In this document: piece after piece, positions 24,594-24,753 of the stretch | Position numbering within the stretch: position 1 is the stretch's first letter | Layout of the letters: the number at the start of each line of letters is the position of its first letter | DNA from: a virus | Taxonomy: Duplodnaviria > Caudoviricetes | Reading direction: 5' to 3' (one strand) | Virus record (IMG/VR): IMGVR_UViG_3300020044_004283 | Location: 1 to 24,753 of that record | DNA: 24,753 bases | Notes under the pieces: model-generated | What the model saw: only the letters and a program-made list of their open reading frames with translations | Told to the model about the DNA's origin: nothing | Database searches by the model: none | Translations under genes and position numbers: made by a program

Positions 24594-24753
24594 CCGGTTT
24601 GTCTTTCACTTCAACCGGCTTTTGAGAGATAAGATCATCCATCTCTTTGACAGCGGATGATGCATCAAGAAACAATGCCTTTGCCAGATCAACACGTTTC
24701 CCGCCTCCCCAAAGAACCTTCCCTTTAGGTGTTGCAGGATAAGGCGTTGCAAA
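24508..24753 (-). CDS. 3' end of a - strand gene running off the window, probably a phage endolysin/lysozyme (not in ORF track)
   Basis: 82 codons including the stop: FATPYPATPKGKVLWGGGKRVDLAKAL...KPNWLAALIAAIARMIGRKK*. The YPA..KGxVxWGxGKRV stretch, linker and amphipathic tail resemble rhizobial phage lysozyme C-termini (recalled, not searched). Confidence 0.6.
   Translation of the reverse strand, partial: FATPYPATPKGKVLWGGGKRVDLAKALFLDASSAVKEMDDLISQKPVEVKDKPVSVPHETTKPNWLAALIAAIARMIGRKK

Larger units (their letters stand above)
1..24753. mobile_element. P22-like temperate phage/prophage segment (early-middle genes, packaging, head, tail, ejection proteins, tailspike)
   Basis: Gene order terS-terL-portal-scaffold-coat-gp4-like-gp10-like-needle-like-ejection proteins-tailspike. 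No host housekeeping genes, integrase or att sites are visible, so both ends lie outside the window. Confidence 0.95.

Noticed and set aside
21255-24753. Diversity-generating retroelement or invertase-controlled shufflon at the tailspike
   Set aside because: No reverse transcriptase, template/variable repeat pair, invertase or paired inversion sites are visible within this window.
1-24753. CRISPR array, tRNA/rRNA, IS element, integrase/att site
   Set aside because: None recognised by eye. The repeats found are two- or three-copy only and lack spacer structure.

Overview
The whole window is part of a temperate, P22-like (podovirus-type) phage or prophage. The host is most likely an alphaproteobacterium, inferred from the gene families and promoter style. 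Bases 1-4958 are a tightly packed, translationally coupled + strand early/middle region: small HTH/RHH and membrane proteins, DUF551, a beta-class amino-methyltransferase, a C5 cytosine methyltransferase, a VRR-NUC-like nuclease, a replication-protein C-terminal domain and a DnaA-domain-IV protein. Bases 4899-5475 hold a small - strand two-gene operon and a divergent promoter region with a triple operator-like array. Bases 5616-24593 are the morphogenesis operon: TerS, a GTA-like TerL, then P22-like portal, scaffold, coat, gp4/gp10/needle-like proteins, three ejection proteins and a tailspike. Most notable: (i) the C5 methyltransferase appears to be a two-subunit enzyme encoded in overlapping frames, apparently inserted into the start of the nuclease gene; (ii) a small DDxxD isoprenoid-synthase-like protein with its own promoter sits in front of the ejection proteins; (iii) the tailspike is joined abruptly at about 24510 to the inverted 3' end of a probable endolysin gene, either a real inversion or an assembly chimera. 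All product calls come from motif recognition by eye; no database searches were run.
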